64,000 nucleotides of DNA from Mytilus trossulus (taxonomy: Eukaryota), in assembly GCF_036588685.1 (NCBI RefSeq), contig NC_086381.1, positions 27,962,001 through 28,026,000 of the forward strand, in the 5' to 3' direction. Position numbers and translations under genes: made by a program. Positions 33,709-53,246 of this stretch are shown here, one piece after another (position 1 is the stretch's first letter; the number at the start of each line of letters is the position of its first letter). The notes below the pieces were generated by a model. That model was given only the letters and a program-made list of their open reading frames with translations. It was not told the DNA's origin and did not search any database.

Positions 33709-35053
33709 CTAGCCGCAATGTTTGCAAACACGACACTGATTGGCCTTTCGGGGTAATAAAACTCACGTTGATTGGTTGAAATCTCTGTATTATGATTGGA
33801 CTGATCTGGAAGTTACTTTCACAGCTTTCGATCCCTTTTTGGACTGAAGCTAAAGATTGTTCACCCCAAGCTAACAATTGGCACAATTTGTTTCTATTCT
33901 GATAGTGTCAGCGAAAATTTGACATAAGACCAAAAAAAATAATAATCAAGAGTAATGCAGAACTTAATAATAATCTTTATTCAAATAATAAATAATTGTT
34001 TAATCAACAGTCTGACACGAAATTAATAATTGACAGGAAATGTAAATTAAAGAGCAAAATAGAAGAAGAAAAAGAGAAAAAAAAACATCATCCATCCATT
34101 TTCATCAATAGCCAGTGGTATAGAAATGCAGCCGTTTTCTTAGTGTGTGTAGCCAGTTTCTCGTATAGACATGCTTACTATAGTACACAATTGTCACTCG
34201 TCTCAGTGTCTTAAAACAAAGAGAACACTTTTTATCCTCTCTATAGTCTTTGTGTTCTCTCTAGCTATACAGTGTCTGTATTCTCTAGTCTCTGTATCAT
34301 GTAAAGCCATGATATTCTCTATATAGTATACTGCACGCATACTGGGAAACTTGCACATTGTTGAAGTATTCTTTATTGTTTATATACGAATTTTGCAAAT
34401 ACAAAGGATTTGAGCTAAAAAATAATCTACACAACTATAAACATACGCATAAGTACTTTGTATAGGAATACAAAATATATATTATATATCTAAGAGAATG
34501 TGACAGCAGAAGAGGAAGAAAAGAATTCACATAGATCACAGTTAGACAGACAACGAACGAACGAACGAACGAACGAACGAACGAACGAACGAACGAACGA
34601 ACGAACGAATATATATTATATAAAAATAAGGTCATAGATTGTAATGTGTGTGCTTATATAGTATAATATATAGGACTGCAACTAAATTTACACCAAAAAT
34701 ATATGCAATATTGACCACTAACAACTATGAGTTTTTCTTCCTCTCGTGCTTGCGCATTTTCATCGAATCTACGTTTATATATAGTTGTTTATTTTCTTGG
34801 ACTTTTATAGGGGAAAAAAAGAAACTCGTACTGTTCTTCATTTTTTTTCCACATCAAATATTGTTATATATATAATAAGAAAGTAGACATCTGTATGCTG
34901 TTTATAAAGAAAAGGAAAAATAAAGAGATAAAGACAAGAGAAATGGAGGGAGTGAGCTATGTTTGAGATTGCACAACAAAGTCAGATTCTTTTTGAAAAA
35001 TGTTGGTGGCCCTGAAAAGGGCCGTTGTAAGTGAAGTTTCTGTAGTGTTGACT

Positions 35054-35437
<384 letters not shown>

Positions 35438-35714
35438 TTAATACGTTGTTTGACTTGAACAAGTATAAACAATGATTACCCCGTTAGGTGGTATTTTACT
35501 ATTTATACCCGCAAAACGGATTGAAAGATGTTTCAGTTCTAAACCAATCAAATCATCGCTTCTTCCAGGTAGTTAGGTTGAATGTTAGAAGGTGCTCTCT
35601 CCGAAGTTCGCGTTAAGTAAAAACTTTCAATCCGTTTTGCCGAGTATAAATAGAAATTTTTATTTACGGCCATCATTCACTGATTACATTTCAGAGAGTA
35701 TACATCTGTCAAAA

Positions 35715-36089
35715 ATGCCACCAAAAGTTGGAACCAAAGGAGCCAAAAAGGCCGTAACAAAGGCAAAGACTGCCAGACCCGGCGGTGACAAGAAAAGGAG
35801 GAGGAAGAGGAGAGAATCCTATGCCATCTACATCTACAAAGTCTTGAGACAGGTGCACCCAGACACTGGAGTATCCTCAAAGGCTATGTCTATCATGAAC
35901 AGTTTTGTCAACGATATCTTTGAGAGAATCGCTGCAGAAGCTTCCCGTCTCGCTCACTACAACAAGAGATCTACCATCACATCTCGGGAGATCCAGACTG
36001 CAGTTCGTCTGCTCCTACCCGGTGAATTGGCCAAGCACGCTGTCAGTGAAGGTACCAAAGCCGTCACAAAGTACACCAGCAGCAAGTAA
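35715..36089 (+). CDS. H2B: Histone H2B
   Basis: Same protein as the first copy. Confidence 0.99.
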   Translation: MPPKVGTKGAKKAVTKAKTARPGGDKKRRRKRRESYAIYIYKVLRQVHPDTGVSSKAMSIMNSFVNDIFERIAAEASRLAHYNKRSTITSREIQTAVRLLLPGELAKHAVSEGTKAVTKYTSSK

Positions 36090-36843
36090 ACAACGAGAAG
36101 TTTAACTTCACAAACGGCCCTTTTCAGGGCCACCAATATTTTTCAAAAAGAGTCTTATTATTGTTGTACATAACAAACTTCTAAATGAAGCTGTGTCCCA
36201 CCCCAAAATGACAAATTTATTTATATCTGAATTCTGTCTTTTTGTCTTTCTTTCTTTCTTTCTTCTTTTCTCTTCTTTATTCTTCATTTTATTAGCCGAT
36301 TTGAAAAAATATACATACACCAGAATTTAACCTTTTCACGGGTTATACATTTCTTCCCTCTTTTTTTGGGGGGGAGGGGGTCTAGAATCGAACTATACTT
36401 GAATATGTATTGAAACATTATATAAAAAAATATCACGAACAGATTAAATTCACACATACGTCGACAGAGAGAAAAAAGGGGGAGGGGGATTGTTTTAGGA
36501 TATAAAAACAATATAACTAGAGTTTGACAATGGAGGAAAAATCAGCAATATATCTTTTACATAAAAGAATACATATGAAATAAAGAATAAAAATGTTATT
36601 TACATTCAAAAATCAGGAATCATATTGTATCCAAAGCCTTGCTGGTCTTTTTTTAATAGGCTTAAATAAAAATAGTGAAAAGAAATTAAAAAAAATAAAC
36701 GAATAAAAGAAAAAGGAAAGTAAAGAAAGTTGGACAGGAGAAAGCTATGGTTTTCTTTTTAAGTACAACAAATGCAGATTCTTTTTGAAAAATGTTGGTG
36801 GCCCTGAAAAGGGCCGTTGTATTTGTATTTTTCAGTTGGCTGT

Positions 36844-37209
<366 letters not shown>

Positions 37210-38834
37210 CTATATATCTGATGAACGCGGCCCTAAAAGAAATACCACTGAATTTTTGATAGGTTGGACCTGATTGGTTGTTTTCGTCTAAATCGGGGAG
37301 GTAACTCTGTAGGAATTCTGTACACTTTCAATCCACTTCTCTGAAAATATGTGAAAATAAAATATTTCAAACTGTATACAAATAAAAATACAAAGATTAT
37401 AAGAGATGGACCAAATAACTAATGATCTCCATCATCAATTAATACTTCTTATATTTTCCAATGTGAAAGAGATTTATTTCCTTTTACTTAAAATACAAGA
37501 ACATATCACACTGCATACATAAGCAGGAGTTAACAATGTGCAATTGCAATATAAAAACAATTAGTTTAAAGAAAATCTTTTTATACAGTATTTTTCTTGT
37601 TCAAAAGATACAGTTTCAGAGATAGTCCACTGCAGCTCTGCAGACTTAAGAGAGTAAAAGCAAAACTAATCTACAGCATACCAGTCAGTTATTTAAGCAT
37701 GGACAGATAGACTTGTAAATAAAAACAGGTGTGCATGATAATTTTTCTCAAAATCACCTTTACCAGTTTCAATAAAGATGTCCCGGGAAATTCACATTTC
37801 AAACATGTTATTATTACATGTATACAATCAATGCTCATCTTTTAACAACTAATTAGGAATCTTTCTAAATTTAGCAGCTACTTTATACATGTAGTCATAG
37901 GTTTTTGAAATGTACACAGTGCAGCCTCACTTTTTAAATACCACAATTGGTACATCATTGAATGAATGAATTATTGCGCCTTGTCTATTTTTCTCCACCA
38001 ATGGGAAAAAAAGATTCATCCGCACACATGTTCACATCATTTATAAGGCACATAGAGCACCCAAAATAGATGCATTTTAAGCACAAAATAAAGGTATTCA
38101 AGAAAAAGTTCTTTCTGTAACACACAATTGATGGAGACAAAGTTTTCAATGAGAATTTAAGGTGGACTACTTGGACCCGTACCGAAAATATATTTCAGAA
38201 ATATAAAATAATTGAATCTTCTCATGTTGTCACAGTAGAATACACAATATGAGTAAAAATTACATACAAAAAGCATCTAAAAAATAAGTGAGAAAATAAG
38301 ACCGAGAAAAATGCAATTTAGAGAAAAATATAACCACAGAAATTAGAAAGAAATACATTTTAATAATTCTGTAATTAGAAGATGGATTGTATTGTTCTTG
38401 GAGTATGTTTTTTCTTACCTTTTTTTTTTATTTAAATGTATACATGTATGTTAATTTTTTCAGGAGGGTATACCAGAAAATGTATAACATTCTTGTTTTT
38501 TCCCGAAGGATTTGGAAGAATTAGATAAATAAAAAATATGTATGTCTCTCTCTCTATTTATCCTTTTATTTATTTTCTTTGCATGTTTTGAAATAAGTTT
38601 CTCTATATTTTTCTCCTATCAATACAGTAACCTGACTTGTCTAATCTTAAGTGCAAAAAAAAAAGATAATAAGAAAGAAGAATAAAGAGAGATGTGGAGA
38701 GAAAGAAAAATAAAGAAAGATGTGGAGAGGGGGTTTCAGCTATTTTTGATTTTGATGTACAACATATTCAGACTCTTTTTGGAAAATATTGGTGGCCCTT
38801 AAAAGGGCCGTTATTGTATAGAGTAAAGGTCAGT

Positions 38835-39320
<486 letters not shown>

Positions 39321-40665
39321 CTAGCCGCAATGTTTGCAAACACGACACTGATTGGCCTTTCGGGGTAATAAAACTCACGTTGATTGGTTGAAATCTCTGT
39401 ATTATGATTGGACTGATCTGGAAGTTACTTTCACAGCTTTCGATCCCTTTTTGGACTGAAGCTAAAGATTGTTCACCCCAAGCTAACAATTGGCACAATT
39501 TGTTTCTATTCTGATAGTGTCAGCGAAAATTTGACATAAGACCAAAAAAAATAATAATCAAGAGTAATGCAGAACTTAATAATAATCTTTATTCAAATAA
39601 TAAATAATTGTTTAATCAACAGTCTGACACGAAATTAATAATTGACAGGAAATGTAAATTAAAGAGCAAAATAGAAGAAGAAAAAGAGAAAAAAAAACAT
39701 CATCCATCCATTTTCATCAATAGCCAGTGGTATAGAAATGCAGCCGTTTTCTTAGTGTGTGTAGCCAGTTTCTCGTATAGACATGCTTACTATAGTACAC
39801 AATTGTCACTCGTCTCAGTGTCTTAAAACAAAGAGAACACTTTTTATCCTCTCTATAGTCTTTGTGTTCTCTCTAGCTATACAGTGTCTGTATTCTCTAG
39901 TCTCTGTATCATGTAAAGCCATGATATTCTCTATATAGTATACTGCACGCATACTGGGAAACTTGCACATTGTTGAAGTATTCTTTATTGTTTATATACG
40001 AATTTTGCAAATACAAAGGATTTGAGCTAAAAAATAATCTACACAACTATAAACATACGCATAAGTACTTTGTATAGGAATACAAAATATATATTATATA
40101 TCTAAGAGAATGTGACAGCAGAAGAGGAAGAAAAGAATTCACATAGATCACAGTTAGACAGACAACGAACGAACGAACGAACGAACGAACGAACGAACGA
40201 ACGAACGAACGAACGAACGAATATATATTATATAAAAATAAGGTCATAGATTGTAATGTGTGTGCTTATATAGTATAATATATAGGACTGCAACTAAATT
40301 TACACCAAAAATATATGCAATATTGACCACTAACAACTATGAGTTTTTCTTCCTCTCGTGCTTGCGCATTTTCATCGAATCTACGTTTATATATAGTTGT
40401 TTATTTTCTTGGACTTTTATAGGGGAAAAAAAGAAACTCGTACTGTTCTTCATTTTTTTTCCACATCAAATATTGTTATATATATAATAAGAAAGTAGAC
40501 ATCTGTATGCTGTTTATAAAGAAAAGGAAAAATAAAGAGATAAAGACAAGAGAAATGGAGGGAGTGAGCTATGTTTGAGATTGCACAACAAAGTCAGATT
40601 CTTTTTGAAAAATGTTGGTGGCCCTGAAAAGGGCCGTTGTAAGTGAAGTTTCTGTAGTGTTGACT

Positions 40666-41049
<384 letters not shown>

Positions 41050-41326
41050 TTAATACGTTGTTTGACTTGAACAAGTATAAACAATGATTACCCCGTTAGG
41101 TGGTATTTTACTATTTATACCCGCAAAACGGATTGAAAGATGTTTCAGTTCTAAACCAATCAAATCATCGCTTCTTCCAGGTAGTTAGGTTGAATGTTAG
41201 AAGGTGCTCTCTCCGAAGTTCGCGTTAAGTAAAAACTTTCAATCCGTTTTGCCGAGTATAAATAGAAATTTTTATTTACGGCCATCATTCACTGATTACA
41301 TTTCAGAGAGTATACATCTGTCAAAA

Positions 41327-41701
41327 ATGCCACCAAAAGTTGGAACCAAAGGAGCCAAAAAGGCCGTAACAAAGGCAAAGACTGCCAGACCCGGCGGTGA
41401 CAAGAAAAGGAGGAGGAAGAGGAGAGAATCCTATGCCATCTACATCTACAAAGTCTTGAGACAGGTGCACCCAGACACTGGAGTATCCTCAAAGGCTATG
41501 TCTATCATGAACAGTTTTGTCAACGATATCTTTGAGAGAATCGCTGCAGAAGCTTCCCGTCTCGCTCACTACAACAAGAGATCTACCATCACATCTCGGG
41601 AGATCCAGACTGCAGTTCGTCTGCTCCTACCCGGTGAATTGGCCAAGCACGCTGTCAGTGAAGGTACCAAAGCCGTCACAAAGTACACCAGCAGCAAGTA
41701 A
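41327..41701 (+). CDS. H2B: Histone H2B
   Basis: Same protein as the first copy. Confidence 0.99.
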   Translation: MPPKVGTKGAKKAVTKAKTARPGGDKKRRRKRRESYAIYIYKVLRQVHPDTGVSSKAMSIMNSFVNDIFERIAAEASRLAHYNKRSTITSREIQTAVRLLLPGELAKHAVSEGTKAVTKYTSSK

Positions 41702-42455
41702 ACAACGAGAAGTTTAACTTCACAAACGGCCCTTTTCAGGGCCACCAATATTTTTCAAAAAGAGTCTTATTATTGTTGTACATAACAAACTTCTAAATGA
41801 AGCTGTGTCCCACCCCAAAATGACAAATTTATTTATATCTGAATTCTGTCTTTTTGTCTTTCTTTCTTTCTTTCTTCTTTTCTCTTCTTTATTCTTCATT
41901 TTATTAGCCGATTTGAAAAAATATACATACACCAGAATTTAACCTTTTCACGGGTTATACATTTCTTCCCTCTTTTTTTGGGGGGGAGGGGGTCTAGAAT
42001 CGAACTATACTTGAATATGTATTGAAACATTATATAAAAAAATATCACGAACAGATTAAATTCACACATACGTCGACAGAGAGAAAAAAGGGGGAGGGGG
42101 ATTGTTTTAGGATATAAAAACAATATAACTAGAGTTTGACAATGGAGGAAAAATCAGCAATATATCTTTTACATAAAAGAATACATATGAAATAAAGAAT
42201 AAAAATGTTATTTACATTCAAAAATCAGGAATCATATTGTATCCAAAGCCTTGCTGGTCTTTTTTTAATAGGCTTAAATAAAAATAGTGAAAAGAAATTA
42301 AAAAAAATAAACGAATAAAAGAAAAAGGAAAGTAAAGAAAGTTGGACAGGAGAAAGCTATGGTTTTCTTTTTAAGTACAACAAATGCAGATTCTTTTTGA
42401 AAAATGTTGGTGGCCCTGAAAAGGGCCGTTGTATTTGTATTTTTCAGCTGGCTGT

Positions 42456-42821
<366 letters not shown>

Positions 42822-44447
42822 CTATATATCTGATGAACGCGGCCCTAAAAGAAATACCACTGAATTTTTGATAGGTTGGACCTGATTGGTTGTTTTCGTC
42901 TAAATCGGGGAGGTAACTCTGTAGGAATTCTGTACACTTTCAATCCACTTCTCTGAAAATATGTGAAAATAAAATATTTCAAACTGTATACAAATAAAAA
43001 TACAAAGATTATAAGAGATGGACCAAATAACTAATGATCTCCATCATCAATTAATACTTCTTATATTTTCCAATGTGAAAGAGATTTATTTCCTTTTACT
43101 TAAAATACAAGAACATATCACACTGCATACATAAGCAGGAGTTAACAATGTGCAATTGCAATATAAAAACAATTAGTTTAAAGAAAATCTTTTTATACAG
43201 TATTTTTCTTGTTCAAAAGATACAGTTTCAGAGATAGTCCACTGCAGCTCTGCAGACTTAAGAGAGTAAAAGCAAAACTAATCTACAGCATACCAGTCAG
43301 TTATTTAAGCATGGACAGATAGACTTGTAAATAAAAACAGGTGTGCATGATAATTTTTCTCAAAATCACCTTTACCAGTTTCAATAAAGATGTCCCGGGA
43401 AATTCACATTTCAAACATGTTATTATTACATGTATACAATCAATGCTCATCTTTTAACAACTAATTAGGAATCTTTCTAAATTTAGCAGCTACTTTATAC
43501 ATGTAGTCATAGGTTTTTGAAATGTACACAGTGCAGCCTCACTTTTTAAATACCACAATTGGTACATCATTGAATGAATGAATTATTGCGCCTTGTCTAT
43601 TTTTCTCCACCAATGGGAAAAAAAGATTCATCCGCACACATGTTCACATCATTTATAAGGCACATAGAGCACCCAAAATAGATGCATTTTAAGCACAAAA
43701 TAAAGGTATTCAAGAAAAAGTTCTTTCTGTAACACACAATTGATGGAGACAAAGTTTTCAATGAGAATTTAAGGTGGACTACTTGGACCCGTACCGAAAA
43801 TATATTTCAGAAATATAAAATAATTGAATCTTCTCATGTTGTCACAGTAGAATACACAATATGAGTAAAAATTACATACAAAAAGCATCTAAAAAATAAG
43901 TGAGAAAATAAGACCGAGAAAAATGCAATTTAGAGAAAAATATAACCACAGAAATTAGAAAGAAATACATTTTAATAATTCTGTAATTAGAAGATGGATT
44001 GTATTGTTCTTGGAGTATGTTTTTTCTTACCTTTTTTTTTTTATTTAAATGTATACATGTATGTTAATTTTTTCAGGAGGGTATACCAGAAAATGTATAA
44101 CATTCTTGTTTTTTCCCGAAGGATTTGGAAGAATTAGATAAATAAAAAATATGTATGTCTCTCTCTCTATTTATCCTTTTATTTATTTTCTTTGCATGTT
44201 TTGAAATAAGTTTCTCTATATTTTTCTCCTATCAATACAGTAACCTGACTTGTCTAATCTTAAGTGCAAAAAAAAAAGATAATAAGAAAGAAGAATAAAG
44301 AGAGATGTGGAGAGAAAGAAAAATAAAGAAAGATGTGGAGAGGGGGTTTCAGCTATTTTTGATTTTGATGTACAACATATTCAGACTCTTTTTGGAAAAT
44401 ATTGGTGGCCCTTAAAAGGGCCGTTATTGTATAGAGTAAAGGTCAGT

Positions 44448-44933
<486 letters not shown>

Positions 44934-46278
44934 CTAGCCGCAATGTTTGCAAACACGACACTGATTGGCCTTTCGGGGTAATAAAACTCACGTTGATTGG
45001 TTGAAATCTCTGTATTATGATTGGACTGATCTGGAAGTTACTTTCACAGCTTTCGATCCCTTTTTGGACTGAAGCTAAAGATTGTTCACCCCAAGCTAAC
45101 AATTGGCACAATTTGTTTCTATTCTGATAGTGTCAGCGAAAATTTGACATAAGACCAAAAAAAATAATAATCAAGAGTAATGCAGAACTTAATAATAATC
45201 TTTATTCAAATAATAAATAATTGTTTAATCAACAGTCTGACACGAAATTAATAATTGACAGGAAATGTAAATTAAAGAGCAAAATAGAAGAAGAAAAAGA
45301 GAAAAAAAAACATCATCCATCCATTTTCATCAATAGCCAGTGGTATAGAAATGCAGCCGTTTTCTTAGTGTGTGTAGCCAGTTTCTCGTATAGACATGCT
45401 TACTATAGTACACAATTGTCACTCGTCTCAGTGTCTTAAAACAAAGAGAACACTTTTTATCCTCTCTATAGTCTTTGTGTTCTCTCTAGCTATACAGTGT
45501 CTGTATTCTCTAGTCTCTGTATCATGTAAAGCCATGATATTCTCTATATAGTATACTGCACGCATACTGGGAAACTTGCACATTGTTGAAGTATTCTTTA
45601 TTGTTTATATACGAATTTTGCAAATACAAAGGATTTGAGCTAAAAAATAATCTACACAACTATAAACATACGCATAAGTACTTTGTATAGGAATACAAAA
45701 TATATATTATATATCTAAGAGAATGTGACAGCAGAAGAGGAAGAAAAGAATTCACATAGATCACAGTTAGACAGACAACGAACGAACGAACGAACGAACG
45801 AACGAACGAACGAACGAACGAACGAACGAACGAATATATATTATATAAAAATAAGGTCATAGATTGTAATGTGTGTGCTTATATAGTATAATATATAGGA
45901 CTGCAACTAAATTTACACCAAAAATATATGCAATATTGACCACTAACAACTATGAGTTTTTCTTCCTCTCGTGCTTGCGCATTTTCATCGAATCTACGTT
46001 TATATATAGTTGTTTATTTTCTTGGACTTTTATAGGGGAAAAAAAGAAACTCGTACTGTTCTTCATTTTTTTTCCACATCAAATATTGTTATATATATAA
46101 TAAGAAAGTAGACATCTGTATGCTGTTTATAAAGAAAAGGAAAAATAAAGAGATAAAGACAAGAGAAATGGAGGGAGTGAGCTATGTTTGAGATTGCACA
46201 ACAAAGTCAGATTCTTTTTGAAAAATGTTGGTGGCCCTGAAAAGGGCCGTTGTAAGTGAAGTTTCTGTAGTGTTGACT

Positions 46279-46662
<384 letters not shown>

Positions 46663-46939
46663 TTAATACGTTGTTTGACTTGAACAAGTATAAACAATGA
46701 TTACCCCGTTAGGTGGTATTTTACTATTTATACCCGCAAAACGGATTGAAAGATGTTTCAGTTCTAAACCAATCAAATCATCGCTTCTTCCAGGTAGTTA
46801 GGTTGAATGTTAGAAGGTGCTCTCTCCGAAGTTCGCGTTAAGTAAAAACTTTCAATCCGTTTTGCCGAGTATAAATAGAAATTTTTATTTACGGCCATCA
46901 TTCACTGATTACATTTCAGAGAGTATACATCTGTCAAAA

Positions 46940-47315
<376 letters not shown>

Positions 47316-48070
47316 ACAACGAGAAGTTTAACTTCACAAACGGCCCTTTTCAGGGCCACCAATATTTTTCAAAAAGAGTCTTATTATTGTTGTACATAAC
47401 AAACTTCTAAATGAAGCTGTGTCCCACCCCAAAATGACAAATTTATTTATATCTGAATTCTGTCTTTTTGTCTTTCTTTCTTTCTTTCTTCTTTTCTCTT
47501 CTTTATTCTTCATTTTATTAGCCGATTTGAAAAAATATACATACACCAGAATTTAACCTTTTCACGGGTTATACATTTCTTCCCTCTTTTTTTGGGGGGG
47601 AGGGGGTCTAGAATCGAACTATACTTGAATATGTATTGAAACATTATATAAAAAAATATCACGAACAGATTAAATTCACACATACGTCGACAGAGAGAAA
47701 AAAGGGGGAGGGGGATTGTTTTAGGATATAAAAACAATATAACTAGAGTTTGACAATGGAGGAAAAATCAGCAATATATCTTTTACATAAAAGAATACAT
47801 ATGAAATAAAGAATAAAAATGTTATTTACATTCAAAAATCAGGAATCATATTGTATCCAAAGCCTTGCTGGTCTTTTTTTAATAGGCTTAAATAAAAATA
47901 GTGAAAAGAAATTAAAAAAAATAAACGAATAAAAGAAAAAGGAAAGTAAAGAAAGTTGGACAGGAGAAAGCTATGGTTTTCTTTTTAAGTACAACAAATG
48001 CAGATTCTTTTTGAAAAATGTTGGTGGCCCTGAAAAGGGCCGTTGTATTTGTATTTTTCAAGCTGGCTGT

Positions 48071-48436
<366 letters not shown>

Positions 48437-50062
48437 CTATATATCTGATGAACGCGGCCCTAAAAGAAATACCACTGAATTTTTGATAGGTTGGACCTGA
48501 TTGGTTGTTTTCGTCTAAATCGGGGAGGTAACTCTGTAGGAATTCTGTACACTTTCAATCCACTTCTCTGAAAATATGTGAAAATAAAATATTTCAAACT
48601 GTATACAAATAAAAATACAAAGATTATAAGAGATGGACCAAATAACTAATGATCTCCATCATCAATTAATACTTCTTATATTTTCCAATGTGAAAGAGAT
48701 TTATTTCCTTTTACTTAAAATACAAGAACATATCACACTGCATACATAAGCAGGAGTTAACAATGTGCAATTGCAATATAAAAACAATTAGTTTAAAGAA
48801 AATCTTTTTATACAGTATTTTTCTTGTTCAAAAGATACAGTTTCAGAGATAGTCCACTGCAGCTCTGCAGACTTAAGAGAGTAAAAGCAAAACTAATCTA
48901 CAGCATACCAGTCAGTTATTTAAGCATGGACAGATAGACTTGTAAATAAAAACAGGTGTGCATGATAATTTTTCTCAAAATCACCTTTACCAGTTTCAAT
49001 AAAGATGTCCCGGGAAATTCACATTTCAAACATGTTATTATTACATGTATACAATCAATGCTCATCTTTTAACAACTAATTAGGAATCTTTCTAAATTTA
49101 GCAGCTACTTTATACATGTAGTCATAGGTTTTTGAAATGTACACAGTGCAGCCTCACTTTTTAAATACCACAATTGGTACATCATTGAATGAATGAATTA
49201 TTGCGCCTTGTCTATTTTTCTCCACCAATGGGAAAAAAAGATTCATCCGCACACATGTTCACATCATTTATAAGGCACATAGAGCACCCAAAATAGATGC
49301 ATTTTAAGCACAAAATAAAGGTATTCAAGAAAAAGTTCTTTCTGTAACACACAATTGATGGAGACAAAGTTTTCAATGAGAATTTAAGGTGGACTACTTG
49401 GACCCGTACCGAAAATATATTTCAGAAATATAAAATAATTGAATCTTCTCATGTTGTCACAGTAGAATACACAATATGAGTAAAAATTACATACAAAAAG
49501 CATCTAAAAAATAAGTGAGAAAATAAGACCGAGAAAAATGCAATTTAGAGAAAAATATAACCACAGAAATTAGAAAGAAATACATTTTAATAATTCTGTA
49601 ATTAGAAGATGGATTGTATTGTTCTTGGAGTATGTTTTTTCTTACCTTTTTTTTTTTATTTAAATGTATACATGTATGTTAATTTTTTCAGGAGGGTATA
49701 CCAGAAAATGTATAACATTCTTGTTTTTTCCCGAAGGATTTGGAAGAATTAGATAAATAAAAAATATGTATGTCTCTCTCTCTATTTATCCTTTTATTTA
49801 TTTTCTTTGCATGTTTTGAAATAAGTTTCTCTATATTTTTCTCCTATCAATACAGTAACCTGACTTGTCTAATCTTAAGTGCAAAAAAAAAAGATAATAA
49901 GAAAGAAGAATAAAGAGAGATGTGGAGAGAAAGAAAAATAAAGAAAGATGTGGAGAGGGGGTTTCAGCTATTTTTGATTTTGATGTACAACATATTCAGA
50001 CTCTTTTTGGAAAATATTGGTGGCCCTTAAAAGGGCCGTTATTGTATAGAGTAAAGGTCAGT

Positions 50063-50497
<435 letters not shown>

Positions 50498-51896
50498 CTA
50501 CGATTACACGACAGAATACTTTGAAACTTCGAATGTTAGTGTATTTGTGCTAGCCGCAATGTTTGCAAACACGACACTGATTGGCCTTTCGGGGTAATAA
50601 AACTCACGTTGATTGGTTTGAAATCTCTGTATTATGATTGGACTGATCTGGAAGTTACTTTCACAGCTTTCGATCCCTTTTTGGACTGAAGCTAAAGATT
50701 GTTCACCCCAAGCTAACAATTGGCACAATTTGTTTCTATTCTGATAGTGTCAGCGAAAATTTGACATAAGACCAAAAAAAATAATAATCAAGAGTAATGC
50801 AGAACTTAATAATAATCTTTATTCAAATAATAAATAATTGTTTAATCAACAGTCTGACACGAAATTAATAATTGACAGGAAATGTAAATTAAAGAGCAAA
50901 ATAGAAGAAGAAAAAGAGAAAAAAAAACATCATCCATCCATTTTCATCAATAGCCAGTGGTATAGAAATGCAGCCGTTTTCTTAGTGTGTGTAGCCAGTT
51001 TCTCGTATAGACATGCTTACTATAGTACACAATTGTCACTCGTCTCAGTGTCTTAAAACAAAGAGAACACTTTTTATCCTCTCTATAGTCTTTGTGTTCT
51101 CTCTAGCTATACAGTGTCTGTATTCTCTAGTCTCTGTATCATGTAAAGCCATGATATTCTCTATATAGTATACTGCACGCATACTGGGAAACTTGCACAT
51201 TGTTGAAGTATTCTTTATTGTTTATATACGAATTTTGCAAATACAAAGGATTTGAGCTAAAAAATAATCTACACAACTATAAACATACGCATAAGTACTT
51301 TGTATAGGAATACAAAATATATATTATATATCTAAGAGAATGTGACAGCAGAAGAGGAAGAAAAGAATTCACATAGATCACAGTTAGACAGACAACGAAC
51401 GAACGAACGAACGAACGAACGAACGAACGAACGAACGAACGAACGAACGAATATATATTATATAAAAATAAGGTCATAGATTGTAATGTGTGTGCTTATA
51501 TAGTATAATATATAGGACTGCAACTAAATTTACACCAAAAATATATGCAATATTGACCACTAACAACTATGAGTTTTTCTTCCTCTCGTGCTTGCGCATT
51601 TTCATCGAATCTACGTTTATATATAGTTGTTTATTTTCTTGGACTTTTATAGGGGAAAAAAAGAAACTCGTACTGTTCTTCATTTTTTTTTCCACATCAA
51701 ATATTGTTATATATATAATAAGAAAGTAGACATCTGTATGCTGTTTATAAAGAAAAGGAAAAATAAAGAGATAAAGACAAGAGAAATGGAGGGAGTGAGC
51801 TATGTTTGAGATTGCACAACAAAGTCAGATTCTTTTTGAAAAATGTTGGTGGCCCTGAAAAGGGCCGTTGTAAGTGAAGTTTCTGTAGTGTTGACT

Positions 51897-52280
<384 letters not shown>

Positions 52281-52557
52281 TTAATACGTTGTTTGACTTG
52301 AACAAGTATAAACAATGATTACCCCGTTAGGTGGTATTTTACTATTTATACCCGCAAAACGGATTGAAAGATGTTTCAGTTCTAAACCAATCAAATCATC
52401 GCTTCTTCCAGGTAGTTAGGTTGAATGTTAGAAGGTGCTCTCTCCGAAGTTCGCGTTAAGTAAAAACTTTCAATCCGTTTTGCCGAGTATAAATAGAAAT
52501 TTTTATTTACGGCCATCATTCACTGATTACATTTCAGAGAGTATACATCTGTCAAAA

Positions 52558-52933
52558 ATGCCACCAAAAGTTGGAACCAAAGGAGCCAAAAAGGCCGTAA
52601 CAAAGGCAAAGACTGCCAGACCCGGCGGTGACAAGAAAAGGAGGAGGAAAGAGGAGAGAATCCTATGCCATCTACATCTACAAAGTCTTGAGACAGGTGC
52701 ACCCAGACACTGGAGTATCCTCAAAGGCTATGTCTATCATGAACAGTTTTGTCAACGATATCTTTGAGAGAATCGCTGCAGAAGCTTCCCGTCTCGCTCA
52801 CTACAACAAGAGATCTACCATCACATCTCGGGAGATCCAGACTGCAGTTCGTCTGCTCCTACCCGGTGAATTGGCCAAGCACGCTGTCAGTGAAGGTACC
52901 AAAGCCGTCACAAAGTACACCAGCAGCAAGTAA
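52558..52933 (+). pseudogene. H2B: Histone H2B with a 1-bp insertion frameshift (probably a sequencing error)
   Basis: GAGGAAAGAGG versus GAGGAAGAGG near 52649. Confidence 0.85.
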
Positions 52934-53104
52934 ACAACGAGAAGTTTAACTTCACAAACGGCCCTTTTCAGGGCCACCAATATTTTTCAAAAAGAGTCTT
53001 ATTATTGTTGTACATAACAAACTTCTAAATGAAGCTGTGTCCCACCCCAAAATGACAAATTTATTTATATCTGAATTCTGTCTTTTTGTCTTTCTTTCTT
53101 TCTT

Positions 53105-53204
53105 NNNNNNNNNNNNNNNNNNNNNNNNNNNNNNNNNNNNNNNNNNNNNNNNNNNNNNNNNNNNNNNNNNNNNNNNNNNNNNNNNNNNNNNNNNNNNNNN
53201 NNNN
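53105..53204. other. Assembly gap (100 N)
   Basis: Run of exactly 100 N. Confidence 0.99.
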
Positions 53205-53246
53205 GACATCCAGTTGGCTCGCAGAATCCGTGGAGAACGTGCTTAA
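53205..53246 (+). CDS. H3: Histone H3, 3' fragment truncated by the assembly gap
   Basis: [13 protein letters not shown] followed by the H3 stem-loop. Confidence 0.93.
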   Translation, partial: DIQLARRIRGERA